A stretch of 63,942 nucleotides of DNA, filler included, from Octopus bimaculoides (lineage: Eukaryota), in the NCBI RefSeq assembly GCF_001194135.2. It is 6 parts of 5 records of this genome, joined end to end, with 100 filler letters (N's around TTAATTAATTAA, not from the genome) between each part and the next. Parts side by side here need not be neighbours in the genome. Positions count along the whole stretch, not along the records: positions 60,125 to 63,942 come from NC_068983.1; 5 more parts are not named here. One strand, 5' to 3'. Under the pieces are notes generated by a model. The model was not told the DNA's origin. It did no database searches and saw only the letters and a list, made by a program, of their open reading frames with translations. A program made the position numbers and the translations under genes. Of the stretch, positions 63,396 to 63,942 are shown one piece after another; position 1 is the first letter of the stretch, and every line of letters starts with the position of its first letter.

Positions 63396-63886
63396 ACGAA
63401 TTAACCAATATCCTAGGTTAACCAGTATGTTAGGTTGTTTAACATATAACAAAGACGTTTGCTGCATAGACTTAGTTTATTTTTACTTTAATGACTTAGA
63501 TTTTCAATCACAGTTACAGTGAAGTTATTGTAACGTAGAAACATTCTAATGAATCAATTAGTGAAAGCTTACATTCCTTTATCTGATACAGTCGTTCATT
63601 AGACGCTTCAGTAATATCAATACTTTTATCCCAGGTATAATACAACAACACAAAGCAGCTGGACGACAGTTTCTGAAAGCCGAAGGGAGGCTTTCTTCAA
63701 TTTTACTGTCATTGTTAACTCAATAACTTTGTAAATCAAAGATAAATTGCGCATTCAAAGCGGAAAAGTAAATATCATAATTCTCATCGTGTAACTTCAT
63801 TTTAAATGAATGCTTTGATTGTAAATATGTGTACATACGTAGATTCTGACATACGTTTATGTGTGTATTTATATATGTACACTTAC

Positions 63887-63942
<56 letters not shown>

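Noticed and set aside
63658-63702. Hammerhead-like CTGGACGA...GAAAGCC/GGCTTT
   Set aside because: The core has an insertion and stem II is only 2 bp; only a 7-bp hairpin is supported.

Overview
Eukaryotic, AT-rich, gap-riddled draft-assembly window. The SINE families and the extreme di-, tri- and tetranucleotide microsatellite density suggest an octopod cephalopod, probably Octopus; this is inferred from recalled repeat families, not from a database hit. There is no intact gene, rRNA, true tRNA or CRISPR array. Almost all ORF-track entries are microsatellite translations, N-gap read-throughs or decayed transposon frames. Recognisable decayed mobile elements include several R4/Dong-type RLE LINE pieces sitting in (TACA)n or (TAA)n arrays, Penelope-like elements (RT, GIY-YIG and terminal repeats), CR1-like, Tx1/L1-like and RTE-like LINE fragments, Tc1/mariner copies, a near-complete Chapaev3 copy, two hAT transposase relics, a TTAA-flanked MITE and at least four tRNA-derived SINE families. 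Three observations go beyond the repeat inventory. (1) At least seven hammerhead-ribozyme-like motifs lie in Penelope-type terminal repeats, including a ~390-bp foldback carrying two of them with covarying stem I. (2) A phase-consistent chain of candidate minus-strand exons (10637-10819, 7419-7551, 670-794, plus 60-225) encodes an unidentified protein, with one in-frame TGA in an otherwise open 183-nt exon. (3) A 25-bp, strand-asymmetric pre-miRNA-like hairpin sits at 36067-36128. All exon calls are by eye and low confidence. The TTAATTAATTAA strings inside N-runs are assembly linkers.
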